NCBI GenBank assembly: GCA_963677435.1
Contig: OY781945.1
Coordinates: 1,504,001 to 1,568,000 of the forward strand
Source of the DNA: an uncultured Aliarcobacter sp.
Lineage (GTDB): Bacteria; Campylobacterota; Campylobacteria; Campylobacterales; Arcobacteraceae
Reading direction: 5' to 3'
DNA: 64,000 nt
Positions within the stretch are counted from its first letter, which is position 1. Every line of letters starts with the position of its first letter. This document shows, in pieces, positions 39,907 through 50,479 of this stretch. Under the pieces are notes generated by a model. It saw only the letters and a list, made by a program, of their open reading frames with translations, was not told the DNA's origin and searched no databases. The translations under genes and the position numbers were made by a program.

Positions 39907-40410
39907 TTACTCTTTTTTACTTCCATGACCATGACCTGAAGAGTTTCCTCTTTCAACAAACTCTTCAAAGTTATCTCCTCCTAAGTTATAGGCTTTTCCA
40001 AATCCAAAAACTGCTTCTCCATAAAAAGGTGTAAATTCAAAGATGTAAAAATCTCCCATTTTATGAAGTGTATCTACCATATCACTTTCAAATTTAGTTC
40101 TAAATTCATCTAAAATTATTTTTTCATTTTCTGTATTTTGTTCTAATCTTTTAGTTTTACATTGGATTGATACTCTTTTTTTACCAAAGATATTTTTACA
40201 ATCTTGTTCATCTTCACAAAAGAAAATTGAAGCTATTTCATTATTTGTTAAATTTGATGAGTGTTTTGCCATCAAAGATAGATATACGTAATATTTGTGA
40301 TTGTGTTTTACAAAAGGTGCATAAGATGAAAATGGATTTTTATTTTCATCAAGTGAACTAATTGTCAGACTCTTAAGAGTTTCTAAAAACTCATTTAAAT
40401 TTTTTGCCAT
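39907..40410 (-). CDS. HugZ/HutZ-like heme-utilisation protein (pyridoxamine 5'-phosphate oxidase-like fold)
   Basis: 'SYAPFV...YVYLSLMAKHSSNL', 'GEAVFGFGKAY'. Confidence 0.8.
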   Translation of the reverse strand: MAKNLNEFLETLKSLTISSLDENKNPFSSYAPFVKHNHKYYVYLSLMAKHSSNLTNNEIASIFFCEDEQDCKNIFGKKRVSIQCKTKRLEQNTENEKIILDEFRTKFESDMVDTLHKMGDFYIFEFTPFYGEAVFGFGKAYNLGGDNFEEFVERGNSSGHGHGSKKE

Positions 40411-42777
40411 TTATTCTTCTTTCCATAATAGTTCTAATTTCACATTAAAAATATCTGTTCTTTTTGGTTTTATAAAAATCTCTTCTATTTGAAAATTTGA
40501 GATTTTATTCTCTTCATTTATTTTTTCTATTTCATCTTCAAGGATTTTTTGAAGTTCTTCTTTTTCTATTTGTAGTTGTTGAATCTCATTTTCAACATAT
40601 TTTACATCATTTCTCTCTTTTAATACTCTAGTTGCTCCTCTAGCACTAGAAGCCACTTTACCTAAAGTTGAACTAGTAGTCGATTTTCCAAAGAAAGCTC
40701 CTAGAAGAGATGTTCCTATTGCAATAATCGTATCAGTTGTGGTAGAACTTGCTTGCAGTTCCTCTTTTTCTTTTTTATCAAAAAGTTTATCTAGTTTATC
40801 GTCAATTGAATCATTTGTTTTTTTGAATTTTATTTGTAAATTTTCAACTTGTTCATCTATTTTTTCATTTAATCTATCTTGAATTCTGATTTTAAAATCA
40901 GTTAAACTCTCATTTTGTTTTGAAATGATTTTTAAAGAATCATTTTTAAATAGAGTTAATTTTGAATTTCTATAAACATAATCTGAAAAATCTTTTTGAA
41001 TCTGTTTTAACTCTTTTTCATTTTGAATAAAAATAGGAGTTTCATAGTAGTTTGAGTTTAATCTCTCTTTTATTTCAAAAGATGAAATATTAAGTTCTAC
41101 AAACTCTTCATAATTAATATTTGAAGCTTCTTTTTGTAAATAAAATCCATAATTTAACTCAGATGTTAAATCAATATTTTTAGCAGTATCTGCAAAATGA
41201 AGTGAACATTTACAAAGTAAATATGCTTGTAAATAGTAACTATCACTTTGTGATGAGTATAAATATTTTTGCTCTAAAATATTTGGAATTAGAGGTTTTG
41301 GGCTATTTTGTTTATTTGTTGTTTCAACTTTTTGTTTAGGAGTGAAACTTTCTTCTTTAGTGGTTAGTGTGGTTACCTTTTTATTGCTCATTAAAAACTT
41401 GATTTGCTCTTTTGTGATTGGCCCTTTTAAGTATGATAAAGCCCATCTTGTTTGAAAAACTTTTATTCCATCTTCATTTATATTTTTCATTATAAATGTT
41501 CTTTTTTCAAGATTTGATAAAAGATTTTCTATTTGATTTTTATCAATTTTTCCCTCAACTGCACTACTTAAACCATCAATTACTTTTTCTTTATCTTGTT
41601 TTGTTTGTAATCTTCCTATAAACCAAGTTCCAATATTTGATAAACCTTTGTAATCAATATCAACAGGATTTTGAGTAGAAAGTATGATTCCCACACCAAA
41701 AGATCTTGCTTGTTTTAAAAGTGTAAGCATTGGCTGTTTTGATGGTGGATTTGCATTTGGAGGGAAATATCCAAAAATTTCATCCATGTAAAGTAGGGCT
41801 TTAAGTGAAGTTGTTCCTTCTTGTCTTCTCATCCATGAAACCATTTGGTTTAATAAAAGTGAAACAAAAAACATTCTTTGAGAATCGTTTAGGTGAGCGA
41901 TTGAAAATATAGAAACTTTTGCTTTTCCATTTTCATCATACATTAGATTTGAAATATCTAAAGGAACACCTTCAATCCAAGATTTAAAAGAAGGATTTGC
42001 AATAATTGTATTTAATTTTAGAGCTAGTTTTAGTCTCTCATTTTGAGGGAAAAATGTCTCTAAATCAAAAATTCCCACTTTTGAAAATGGAGGAGTTACG
42101 ATAAATGAGATTAACTCTTCAATACTCAAATCTTTTTGCAAAGAGTAAGAGTTCATAAAAATAGATGAAATTAAAATAGACTCTTTAGATGAACTATCAT
42201 CTTTTTCATCAATCAGTGATAATAGTGAGCTAACAGTTGAACTAATTAATGAAACTAATAACTCACTATCTTCTAAAACTTCAATACTTGGTGCTTTAAA
42301 TGATGAAAGAATTGATATTTGAACTCCAGCACTACTTCCAGGTGTATAAATAGTAAAATCAGCAGAATCTTTTAATTTTTGGATTCTTTCTTGATTTTGA
42401 AAATCTCCTTCTATTCCTTTTTTCCAAGTTTGTGCAGTTTTTGAAGCAAATTCAGGAACACTTAAACCATTATTTATAGCATCTTGTTCTTCAATCCAAG
42501 GTTCAAAATCACTTCCTTGTAATTGTGGAAAGGTAAGAAGTAAATTTCCCATATCACCTTTTGGGTCAATTATAATTGAGGGAATATTATCAATTGCTGC
42601 TTCTTCTAAAAGAGAAATTCCAAGACCTGTTTTTCCACTTCCTGTCATTCCTATGATTGCAGCATGAGTAGTTAAATCTTTATTTTTATAAACTAAAGGA
42701 GCGAAGTTTTGTTCATCAATTTTTTCTTTTCCAATATAGAAAAGTTTTAGTTTTTCATAATCAAAGCTTGTACTCAT
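40411..42777 (-). CDS. HerA/FtsK-like (DUF87/DUF853) ATP-binding protein
   Basis: Walker A GMTGSGKT, 'IDPKGD', 'LYMDEIFG', 'STQNPVD'; coiled-coil C-terminus. Confidence 0.85.
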   Translation of the reverse strand: MSTSFDYEKLKLFYIGKEKIDEQNFAPLVYKNKDLTTHAAIIGMTGSGKTGLGISLLEEAAIDNIPSIIIDPKGDMGNLLLTFPQLQGSDFEPWIEEQDAINNGLSVPEFASKTAQTWKKGIEGDFQNQERIQKLKDSADFTIYTPGSSAGVQISILSSFKAPSIEVLEDSELLVSLISSTVSSLLSLIDEKDDSSSKESILISSIFMNSYSLQKDLSIEELISFIVTPPFSKVGIFDLETFFPQNERLKLALKLNTIIANPSFKSWIEGVPLDISNLMYDENGKAKVSIFSIAHLNDSQRMFFVSLLLNQMVSWMRRQEGTTSLKALLYMDEIFGYFPPNANPPSKQPMLTLLKQARSFGVGIILSTQNPVDIDYKGLSNIGTWFIGRLQTKQDKEKVIDGLSSAVEGKIDKNQIENLLSNLEKRTFIMKNINEDGIKVFQTRWALSYLKGPITKEQIKFLMSNKKVTTLTTKEESFTPKQKVETTNKQNSPKPLIPNILEQKYLYSSQSDSYYLQAYLLCKCSLHFADTAKNIDLTSELNYGFYLQKEASNINYEEFVELNISSFEIKERLNSNYYETPIFIQNEKELKQIQKDFSDYVYRNSKLTLFKNDSLKIISKQNESLTDFKIRIQDRLNEKIDEQVENLQIKFKKTNDSIDDKLDKLFDKKEKEELQASSTTTDTIIAIGTSLLGAFFGKSTTSSTLGKVASSARGATRVLKERNDVKYVENEIQQLQIEKEELQKILEDEIEKINEENKISNFQIEEIFIKPKRTDIFNVKLELLWKEE

Positions 42778-43817
42778 ATTGTTTCCTTTATCTCTTTTCT
42801 TTTAGCTTTCATTTTATTTAAAGCTAATTTTCTCATGTCAGCAGTTGTATCTAACTCATCCATGATTTCAAGACCTAAAAGTGTTTCAATACAATCTTCT
42901 AAAGTTACAATCCCTTCTGTTTGATTGTATGAATCATGAACTATAAACATATGCTCTTTTTTTTGAATAAATAATTTTAGAGCTTTTGCAACATTTATAT
43001 TTTCGTGTAATGTAAATACTGGTTTCATTATATTTTCTAAAGTAATCTCTTTTTCTTTTATAGATTGTTTGAAAAGTTTTTTAGTTAGAACAATTCCTAC
43101 AATATTATCAATATTATCTTCATATACAGGTACTCTTGAAAATTTAAAGGTTCTTTTATCTTCAATTAAATCTTTTATTAAAGAGTTCTTTTCTATTGCA
43201 AATACAACTGAACGAGGAGTTAAAATATCTTTTAATTTTTTACTATTTAATTCAAGTGTATTTCCAATAATTTGTGATTCTAAATCACCAATAACACCCT
43301 CTGCTTCACTTAATAAAGTAGATTGAAGTAACTCTTCTCTTGAAATTTTATTTGAGCTTTCTTTCCCTATTTTTTTTGTTATAAATTGAGTAATAAGAAT
43401 TATTGGATAAGTAATAAATATAAAAACTTTTATAATTCTTGGAGTATAAATAGCTAATTGTCTCCAATAAACAGCACCAATTGTTTTAGGAATTATCTCT
43501 GAAACAAATAAAATTATAAAAGTAAGAACAATTGAAGTAGCCATTATTAATGTGCCATCTCCTTCAAAAACCTCTTTTGCTTGTATTCCAATAGCAGTTG
43601 CACCTAAAGTATTTGCAGTAGTATTCAAAATAAGAATAGAAGCAATTGACTTATCAATATCTAATTTCAGTTTTTTAAAAAGCTTTCCAGCAGTAGGATG
43701 CTCTTTTTCTAAAGTTGAGATGTAAGTGATATTTGTGGATAAGAGTATAGATTCTAAAATAGAACATAAAAAAGATGTACCAATAACTGCAATAAATAGT
43801 AATATTAAAACTTCCAT
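42774..43817 (-). CDS. Second CNNM (DUF21)-CBS domain protein
   Basis: 'SFLCSILESILLS', 'SEIIPKTIGA', 'LTPRSVV', 'GIVTLEDCIE'. Confidence 0.9.
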   Translation of the reverse strand: MEVLILLFIAVIGTSFLCSILESILLSTNITYISTLEKEHPTAGKLFKKLKLDIDKSIASILILNTTANTLGATAIGIQAKEVFEGDGTLIMATSIVLTFIILFVSEIIPKTIGAVYWRQLAIYTPRIIKVFIFITYPIILITQFITKKIGKESSNKISREELLQSTLLSEAEGVIGDLESQIIGNTLELNSKKLKDILTPRSVVFAIEKNSLIKDLIEDKRTFKFSRVPVYEDNIDNIVGIVLTKKLFKQSIKEKEITLENIMKPVFTLHENINVAKALKLFIQKKEHMFIVHDSYNQTEGIVTLEDCIETLLGLEIMDELDTTADMRKLALNKMKAKRKEIKETI

Positions 43818-43864
43818 TTATTCTTTCTTTTATAAAAATTAAGCAATCGGGAATTGTATTCCAA
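43805..43864 (-). CDS. Putative 19-aa leader peptide MEYNSRLLNFYKRKNKWKF (TTG start)
   Basis: SD AGGAGA plus A6 spacer, then TTG; ORF runs 13 nt into the CNNM gene. Confidence 0.45.
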   Translation of the reverse strand: MEYNSRLLNFYKRKNKWKF

Positions 43865-44000
43865 TTTTTTTCTCCTGTGAAATGTTAAGAATTTTGTACA
43901 AATAATATCAAAATAAACTTAATAAAGAAGTTTTTGATAAAAAAATTAAAAAAAAGTTGTATAATTAATTATTAAAAACTTTTAAAATAAGGAGCTTATT

Positions 44001-44357
44001 ATGGAATATGGGATAATGCCAAAAATTGACCAGTTTAGTGATAATAAAGCTTTAGAAATTCAAAAAGTTCAACCTTCTGCAAAATCATCTGAAATAAGTA
44101 CTCAAGATGCAATACAACAAGTGCAACAAGAAGCTATTTCAAAAGAAAAAGATGTTGCTGATACAAAAAAAGTTGCAACAGATAAAGCTACTTCTAATAA
44201 ATATGAAGTAGTCTTATCTAATACAAACTTTGGATTTAATGATTCTTCTAAAGACTTTTATGTAAAAGTAGAAAGAGGTAACATGGAAAATCAATATCCA
44301 ACGCAAGAGATGATGAGAGTAAAAGCTTATTTATTAAGTCTTGATTCTACTGCTTAA
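44001..44357 (+). CDS. FlaG-like protein
   Basis: Low-complexity N-terminus; C-terminal 'FGFNDSSKDFYVKV...QYPTQEMM' resembles FlaG; SD AAGGAG. Confidence 0.5.
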   Translation: MEYGIMPKIDQFSDNKALEIQKVQPSAKSSEISTQDAIQQVQQEAISKEKDVADTKKVATDKATSNKYEVVLSNTNFGFNDSSKDFYVKVERGNMENQYPTQEMMRVKAYLLSLDSTA

Positions 44358-44380
44358 TTTCTAAAGCCAAATTATAATTC

Positions 44381-44734
44381 TTATAATTTGGCTTCTACTT
44401 CTTCCCTTAATTTTATTAATAAATCTTTTGCTTTATAATATTTTTCTTTTTCTTCAATTTCAACTTCATCTAACAGTGGAATATATTTTTCAAAAGCCGG
44501 CCAAACTTTTTTGTAACTTAGAGGTCTTTTTTTTATATGAAAAAGAGCAAGGGCAGTTGCTCCATTTATTAAACCTTTTAAAACAAGGGCTTTGTTTATT
44601 TCACCTTGTTTTTTATAAAAATTCCAATCATCTTCAAGCAGTTCATGAGCTTCCACATAAAAGCCATTTTCAACAGCAAAGATAAATCTATCAATTGCTG
44701 TTTCTTGATTGAAAATTGAATAATCTATTTTCAT
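44381..44734 (-). CDS. DUF309 domain protein
   Basis: 'FYVEAHELLEDDW...LKGLIN.A.AL'. Confidence 0.85.
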   Translation of the reverse strand: MKIDYSIFNQETAIDRFIFAVENGFYVEAHELLEDDWNFYKKQGEINKALVLKGLINGATALALFHIKKRPLSYKKVWPAFEKYIPLLDEVEIEEKEKYYKAKDLLIKLREEVEAKL

Positions 44735-47547
44735 TAACCGTTTATCTCTTTATTTAAATAATATCCAGTATATGAACCAGAGATTTTATGATTTGAAGCT
44801 AAAAATTCAGGTGTTCCCTCATCAACAATCATTCCTCCTTTATTTCCACCCTCAGGTCCCATATCTATTACCCAATCAGAGTTTTTGATAACATCAAGGT
44901 TATGCTCAATTACAAGAACAGAGTTTCCTAAATCAACTAAGTGATGCAATACTTTTGTTAATCTATCAACATCGGCAAAGTGTAAACCAGTTGTTGGTTC
45001 ATCTAAAACATAAAGAGTATTTCCCGTATCTTTTTTACTTAACTCTTTTGATAGTTTTATTCTTTGAGCTTCACCACCTGAAAGTGTTACTGCATTTTGC
45101 CCAAGTGTAATGTATCCAAGTCCAACATCACTTAAAGTTTGAAGTTTTGCATTTAGTTTAGGCACTTTTGCAAAGAACTCTAAAGCTTCATCTACACTCA
45201 TATTTAGAACATCAGAGATATTTTTACCTTTGTATAAAATCTCTAAAGTTTGAGAGTTATATCTTCTTCCATGACAATCATCACATTTCACCATAATATC
45301 TGGTAAGAAGTGCATTTCGATTTTTATTTCACCTTCACCTTGGCATTTTTCACATCTTCCACCTTTAACATTAAAAGAGAATCTTCCGATTTTATAACCT
45401 CTAAGACTAGCTTCTTTAGTTTTTGCGAATAGTTCTCTTATTTCATCCATTAACCCTGTATAAGTTGCAGGATTTGATCGTGGCGTTCTTCCTATTGGTG
45501 ATTGGTCAAGGTAGATAACTTTATCAAGTTTTTCAAGTCCTTCAATTTCAACACCATCTACTTTTTTTACTTTTCTTGCTCGATTTAAAAGCTCTTTTGC
45601 AACTGGAAGTAGGGTTTGTAAAATAAGTGAAGATTTACCACTTCCTGAAACTCCTGTAATTGCACAAAGATTTTTTAGAGGGATTTGTACATTTAAATCT
45701 TTTATATTATTTATAGTTACATTTTTTATTTCAATAAACTCTTCTTGTGGTCTATTGTGAACATAATCAATTTTTTTAGCTCCAGTTACATATTTTGCAG
45801 TCAAAGTTTTTGCTTTGTTCATCTCTTTTAGAGTTCCTGCAAATACAATCTCTCCACCATATTTTCCTGCATTTGGTCCAATATCAACTATATAATCTGC
45901 TGCTTGAATAGTCTCTTTATCATGTTCAACAACAATAACTGTATTTCCTTTTTCTTGTAAGGCTCGTAAAGTTTTGATAAGTTTATTTGTATCTCTTTCA
46001 TGTAGTCCAATAGATGGCTCATCAAGAACGTACATAACTCCAGTTAGACCTGAACCAATTTGTGAGGCAACTCTAATTCTTTGGGCTTCTCCACCACTTA
46101 TAGTTCGGGCATCTCTTCCTAAAGTGATATATCCTAACCCAACATCATGTAAAAAGAAAATTCTCTCTTTAATTTCTTTTAAAATTGGTTTTGAAATCAT
46201 TTTAAATTGCTCATTTAGATAAGCAAAATTTGATTCATCTTGGAAAAATGCGTGTGCATCTTCTATTGGAATATTTAAAATATCGCTTATTGTTTTATTT
46301 GCCACATAAACACTTTGAGAAGAGGGTTTTAATCTATTTCCATTACAAGAGTCACATTTCTTTTCAGTCATGTATTCACTCATCTCTTTTTCATCTTTTA
46401 TCATGTCGTAGGCAAGTTTTACAACACCTTCCCACTTTCTTGTAAGTTTGTGTCTTTTCCAAAAGAATGTAGCTTCATCAACACTTCCATGTAAAATAGC
46501 TTTTCTTTGATGTTCTGGTAATTCTCTAAAAGGAATATTTACATTTATATCAGTTCCTTCACAAAAAGCTAAAAGCATTTTGAAATAAAAACCTTTATTA
46601 AAGCCATAAATAACTCTAATAGCACCATCTTCAATAGATAAATCTTCATTGATAACTTTTTTCATATCAAGGGCATATCTAATTCCTAAACCATCACAAG
46701 AAGAACAAGCACCTTTTGGTGAGTTAAATGAGAATGATAAGGGTTCAAGTGGTTCAAATGAGATTTTACAAGTGAAACAAGCCATATGTTCAGAGTAGTG
46801 AATATGTTTTTCGGTTCCAACTTCTTCATGGTTTATAACTTCAATTTCAAGCTCTCCGTAACTCTCTTTTAAACCTTTTTCTATATCTTGAGCGATTCTG
46901 TCTCTATTTTCTTCTTTTATCGTAACCCTATCGATTACAACTTTGATTGTATGCATTTGAGTTTTTGCTAATTCTATCTCTTCATCTAGTCTTACCATAA
47001 CTCCATCAATCATGGCTCTTACATACCCTTTGCTTCGTAAGTTTTCTAATAAATCAGCAAAACTTCCTTTCTTTCTATTGATAAGTGGAGCTAAAATTAC
47101 AACTTTTGAATCATTTGGTAGCGTTAAAACTTGATTGATTACATCACTTGCGCTCATTTGTGAAATTGGCTCTCCACATTGGTGACAGTGTTGTTTCCCA
47201 ATTCGGGCGTATAAAAGTCTAAAATAGTCATAAACTTCTGTAATAGTTCCCACAGTTGAACGAGGATTCTTAGATGTTGTTTTTTGATCAATTGCAATTG
47301 CAGGAGTAAGTCCTTCAATTCTTTCAACATTTGGTTTTCCAACTTTATCTAAAAATTGTCTAGCATATGCAGATAGGGATTCAATATATCTTCTTTGACC
47401 CTCAGCATAAAGTGTGTCAAATGCTAGTGTAGATTTTCCAGAACCCGAAAGTCCTGTGAATACAATAAGTTTATTTTTTGGTATCTCTAAGTTTATATTT
47501 TTTAAGTTATTTTCACAAGCGTTAAATATTTTAATTGAATCTGTCAT
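44734..47547 (-). CDS. uvrA: Excinuclease ABC subunit A
   Basis: Two ABC cassettes ([23 protein letters not shown] x2) and Zn fingers. Confidence 0.98.
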   Translation of the reverse strand: MTDSIKIFNACENNLKNINLEIPKNKLIVFTGLSGSGKSTLAFDTLYAEGQRRYIESLSAYARQFLDKVGKPNVERIEGLTPAIAIDQKTTSKNPRSTVGTITEVYDYFRLLYARIGKQHCHQCGEPISQMSASDVINQVLTLPNDSKVVILAPLINRKKGSFADLLENLRSKGYVRAMIDGVMVRLDEEIELAKTQMHTIKVVIDRVTIKEENRDRIAQDIEKGLKESYGELEIEVINHEEVGTEKHIHYSEHMACFTCKISFEPLEPLSFSFNSPKGACSSCDGLGIRYALDMKKVINEDLSIEDGAIRVIYGFNKGFYFKMLLAFCEGTDINVNIPFRELPEHQRKAILHGSVDEATFFWKRHKLTRKWEGVVKLAYDMIKDEKEMSEYMTEKKCDSCNGNRLKPSSQSVYVANKTISDILNIPIEDAHAFFQDESNFAYLNEQFKMISKPILKEIKERIFFLHDVGLGYITLGRDARTISGGEAQRIRVASQIGSGLTGVMYVLDEPSIGLHERDTNKLIKTLRALQEKGNTVIVVEHDKETIQAADYIVDIGPNAGKYGGEIVFAGTLKEMNKAKTLTAKYVTGAKKIDYVHNRPQEEFIEIKNVTINNIKDLNVQIPLKNLCAITGVSGSGKSSLILQTLLPVAKELLNRARKVKKVDGVEIEGLEKLDKVIYLDQSPIGRTPRSNPATYTGLMDEIRELFAKTKEASLRGYKIGRFSFNVKGGRCEKCQGEGEIKIEMHFLPDIMVKCDDCHGRRYNSQTLEILYKGKNISDVLNMSVDEALEFFAKVPKLNAKLQTLSDVGLGYITLGQNAVTLSGGEAQRIKLSKELSKKDTGNTLYVLDEPTTGLHFADVDRLTKVLHHLVDLGNSVLVIEHNLDVIKNSDWVIDMGPEGGNKGGMIVDEGTPEFLASNHKISGSYTGYYLNKEING

Positions 47548-47719
47548 TTTGTGCCTTTAAAATTTGAAGCTAATATTATATGATAGATTTTATAATAAGA
47601 GATTAAATTAGATTTTCATTGGTTTCATATTGTTACTTGAGATATAAAAGTATATTTAACTAAGTTAAAAATGTTAGAATTACACCTTAAAATTTAAAAT
47701 ATTAAAATAGGGTATAAAA

Positions 47720-48667
47720 ATGAAATACAAAATCTTTGTAGATGGTCAGTTTGGAACAACAGGATTAAAAATCCATGAAATGCTAAAAGATAGAAATGAA
47801 CTTGAAATTTTAACAATCAATGAAGAAGATAAAAAAGATTTAGAGATTAAAAAGAAGTTTTTAAATGAAGCTGATTTGGTTTTTTTATGTTTACCTGATG
47901 AGGCTTCAAAAGAGTCTGTAAAATTAATAACAAATAATACAACAAAAGTAATAGATGCAAGTACAGCTCATAGAACAAATCCTGATTGGACTTATGGAAT
48001 TGCAGAATTAAACCCAACTCAAAGAGAAAAAATAAAAAACTCAACTAGAGTTTGTGTTCCTGGTTGTCATGCAAGTGGATTTATAATGGCCATGAAACCA
48101 TTAATTGAAAATAATATTGTTTCAAAAAAACAAAAAATAGTTTGCCACTCAATCACAGGATATAGCGGTGGTGGAAAAGGCTTAATTGATATTTATGAAG
48201 CACCTGAGAATAAAGACAAATATAAAAGTCAAAGACCTTATGCCCTAGCTTTAAGTCATAAACATTTACCAGAAATGAAATATATCTTAGGTTTAGAATC
48301 AGCTCCATTTTTTACGCCAAGTGTAGGAAACTTTTCTCAAGGTATGTTAGTAATGTCATATCTAATAAAAGATGAACTAGAAAAAAATATATCAAAAGGA
48401 GAAGTATTGTCTTTATACAAAGATTATTATAAAAATGAAGAGTTTGTAAAAATAATCGAAGATGATATAAAGTATTTAGATGAAGGTTTCTTAGATGCAA
48501 TGAAATGTAATAACACAAATAGAATCGAAATCTCAGTTTATGAATCAGATGATTATATGCTTGTTATTTCAAGACTTGATAATCTTGGAAAAGGAGCTTC
48601 GGGTGCTGCTGTTCAAAATATGAATATCATGTTAGGACTTGATGAGAATGCAGGTTTAAAGGCTTAA
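47720..48667 (+). CDS. argC: N-acetyl-gamma-glutamyl-phosphate reductase (short type)
   Basis: 'FVDGQFGTTGL', 'IDASTAHR', 'PGCHASG', 'DNLGKGASGAAVQ'. Confidence 0.95.
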   Translation: MKYKIFVDGQFGTTGLKIHEMLKDRNELEILTINEEDKKDLEIKKKFLNEADLVFLCLPDEASKESVKLITNNTTKVIDASTAHRTNPDWTYGIAELNPTQREKIKNSTRVCVPGCHASGFIMAMKPLIENNIVSKKQKIVCHSITGYSGGGKGLIDIYEAPENKDKYKSQRPYALALSHKHLPEMKYILGLESAPFFTPSVGNFSQGMLVMSYLIKDELEKNISKGEVLSLYKDYYKNEEFVKIIEDDIKYLDEGFLDAMKCNNTNRIEISVYESDDYMLVISRLDNLGKGASGAAVQNMNIMLGLDENAGLKA

Positions 48668-48782
48668 TTTAATAAATTTAATTATTTTTACCATTTAAAA
48701 ATTATTTTAATTATTTTTTGAAGATAATCTTTATTATCTATGCTAAGATGCCACCTTTATTTATTTGAAAATAAGGGATTGG

Positions 48783-50381
48783 ATGGAACAAGTTATTTTG
48801 ATGATGTTAGCAACTGGAGTTGTTGCTGTTATTCTCGGTATTATTTTAAAGCGTTTTGATGTTCCACCTCTTGTTGGATATATAATATCAGGAATAATTC
48901 TTGTAAATATTATAGGTTCTAATGTAGAAGATTCTTATATTTTAGATCAAATTGCAGAGTTTGGTATTGTATTTTTAATGTTTACAATTGGACTTGAAAT
49001 GAAGCTGGAAAACCTAATACAAATGCGAAAACAAGTATTTGTTTATGGTGGGCTTCAAATTGGCTTATCTATTCTTTTTTTTACTCTAGTGTCATATTTT
49101 TTATTTGCTTTAGATATTAAAACTTCTATAGTTATTGGAGCAGCACTTTCTCTTTCTTCAACAGCAATTGTTTTAAAAATACTAAATGATACAAACAAAA
49201 TAACAAAATATTATGGTCAGAACTCTTTGGGAATATTGATTTGTCAAGATTTAGCAGTTATTCCTATATTATTAATGATGACTATTTTTTCAACTAATGG
49301 AAGTGCTATTGGTGATCTAATTGTAAATATTGTTTTCTCAGGGATTGTGTTATTAATTGTAATGATAATTTTTGGTAAATACTTTTTAAATCATATTTTA
49401 AAATTAGTAGATAAGGCTGAAACTCACGAGCTTTTTATTATGATTGTTTTAATTATTGCAATTGGGGCTAGTTTTTTAGCACATTATTTAGGTTTTACAT
49501 ATTCAATGGGAGCTTTTATTGGTGGTATGTTAATTGCAGAAACACACTACAAACATCAAATAGAAGCAGACCTTATTCCATTTAGAGACCTATTTTTAGC
49601 ACTGTTTTTTGTAACTGTAGGAATGCAAATAGATGTGCATTTTTTTAGTTCACATGTATTTCAGGTTTTTGCTTTAAGTATAGTAATTATGCTTATTAAA
49701 GCTTTGATTATTTTTGTAATAATGTATTTTTTTGTTGGTAAAAGAGTTGCTCTTCAAACTTCTCTTAGTATTTCACAAGTTGGTGAATTTTCATTTGTTG
49801 TATTCACTTTAGCAACTCAAAATAGACTTTTAGAAGCAAATACTGGACAATTACTTACGCTATCTGTGATAATTTCAATGGTTATAACACCATTTATTTT
49901 AAAGAATATTGAATCTATTACTAATAAAATTCTACGAAAAAGACATATTAATAGTGAAATATTAAATACTTCAAAAGAGTCATTAACTGGACATGTTATT
50001 GTTTGTGGTTATGGAAGTTTTGGTAAACAAATACTTTTAAACCTAAAAAATGAAAACATTGAACATATTGCTATTATTGATAATTATGAGTTTTTTGAAA
50101 ATGCCTTATTTCATGGAGAAAAAGTAATATTTGGAAATCCAGCTCAAAAACATATACTAAAAGAAGCAGGTATTTCAAAAGCAAAAGCTGTAATTATTGC
50201 TTTGCATGATGTCCAAAGTATTATTCTTTTATCACACACAATAAAAGACATAAATTCACAAGTAAAAATTTTAGCAAAAGTAACAAAAAAGAGTTTTCTT
50301 CCTGATTCTATAGATAGTGAGGATTTTGTAGATATTTATGATTGTACAGCAGAAATGCTTGTTGAAAGAACGATGAAATAA
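48783..50381 (+). CDS. CPA2 cation:proton antiporter with KTN domain (KefB/KefC-like)
   Basis: 'AEFGIVFLMFTIGLE', 'LSSTAIV', 'CQDLAV', 'SQVGEFSFV', 'VCGYGSFG'. Confidence 0.9.
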   Translation: MEQVILMMLATGVVAVILGIILKRFDVPPLVGYIISGIILVNIIGSNVEDSYILDQIAEFGIVFLMFTIGLEMKLENLIQMRKQVFVYGGLQIGLSILFFTLVSYFLFALDIKTSIVIGAALSLSSTAIVLKILNDTNKITKYYGQNSLGILICQDLAVIPILLMMTIFSTNGSAIGDLIVNIVFSGIVLLIVMIIFGKYFLNHILKLVDKAETHELFIMIVLIIAIGASFLAHYLGFTYSMGAFIGGMLIAETHYKHQIEADLIPFRDLFLALFFVTVGMQIDVHFFSSHVFQVFALSIVIMLIKALIIFVIMYFFVGKRVALQTSLSISQVGEFSFVVFTLATQNRLLEANTGQLLTLSVIISMVITPFILKNIESITNKILRKRHINSEILNTSKESLTGHVIVCGYGSFGKQILLNLKNENIEHIAIIDNYEFFENALFHGEKVIFGNPAQKHILKEAGISKAKAVIIALHDVQSIILLSHTIKDINSQVKILAKVTKKSFLPDSIDSEDFVDIYDCTAEMLVERTMK

Positions 50382-50479
50382 GTAAATAATTTTTTAGTGT
50401 AATATATAATCTTGAAGATATTTTATTAAATATAAGTAATTAATTCTTTTAATAGCATCTTAGTAAAAATAGAATATAA

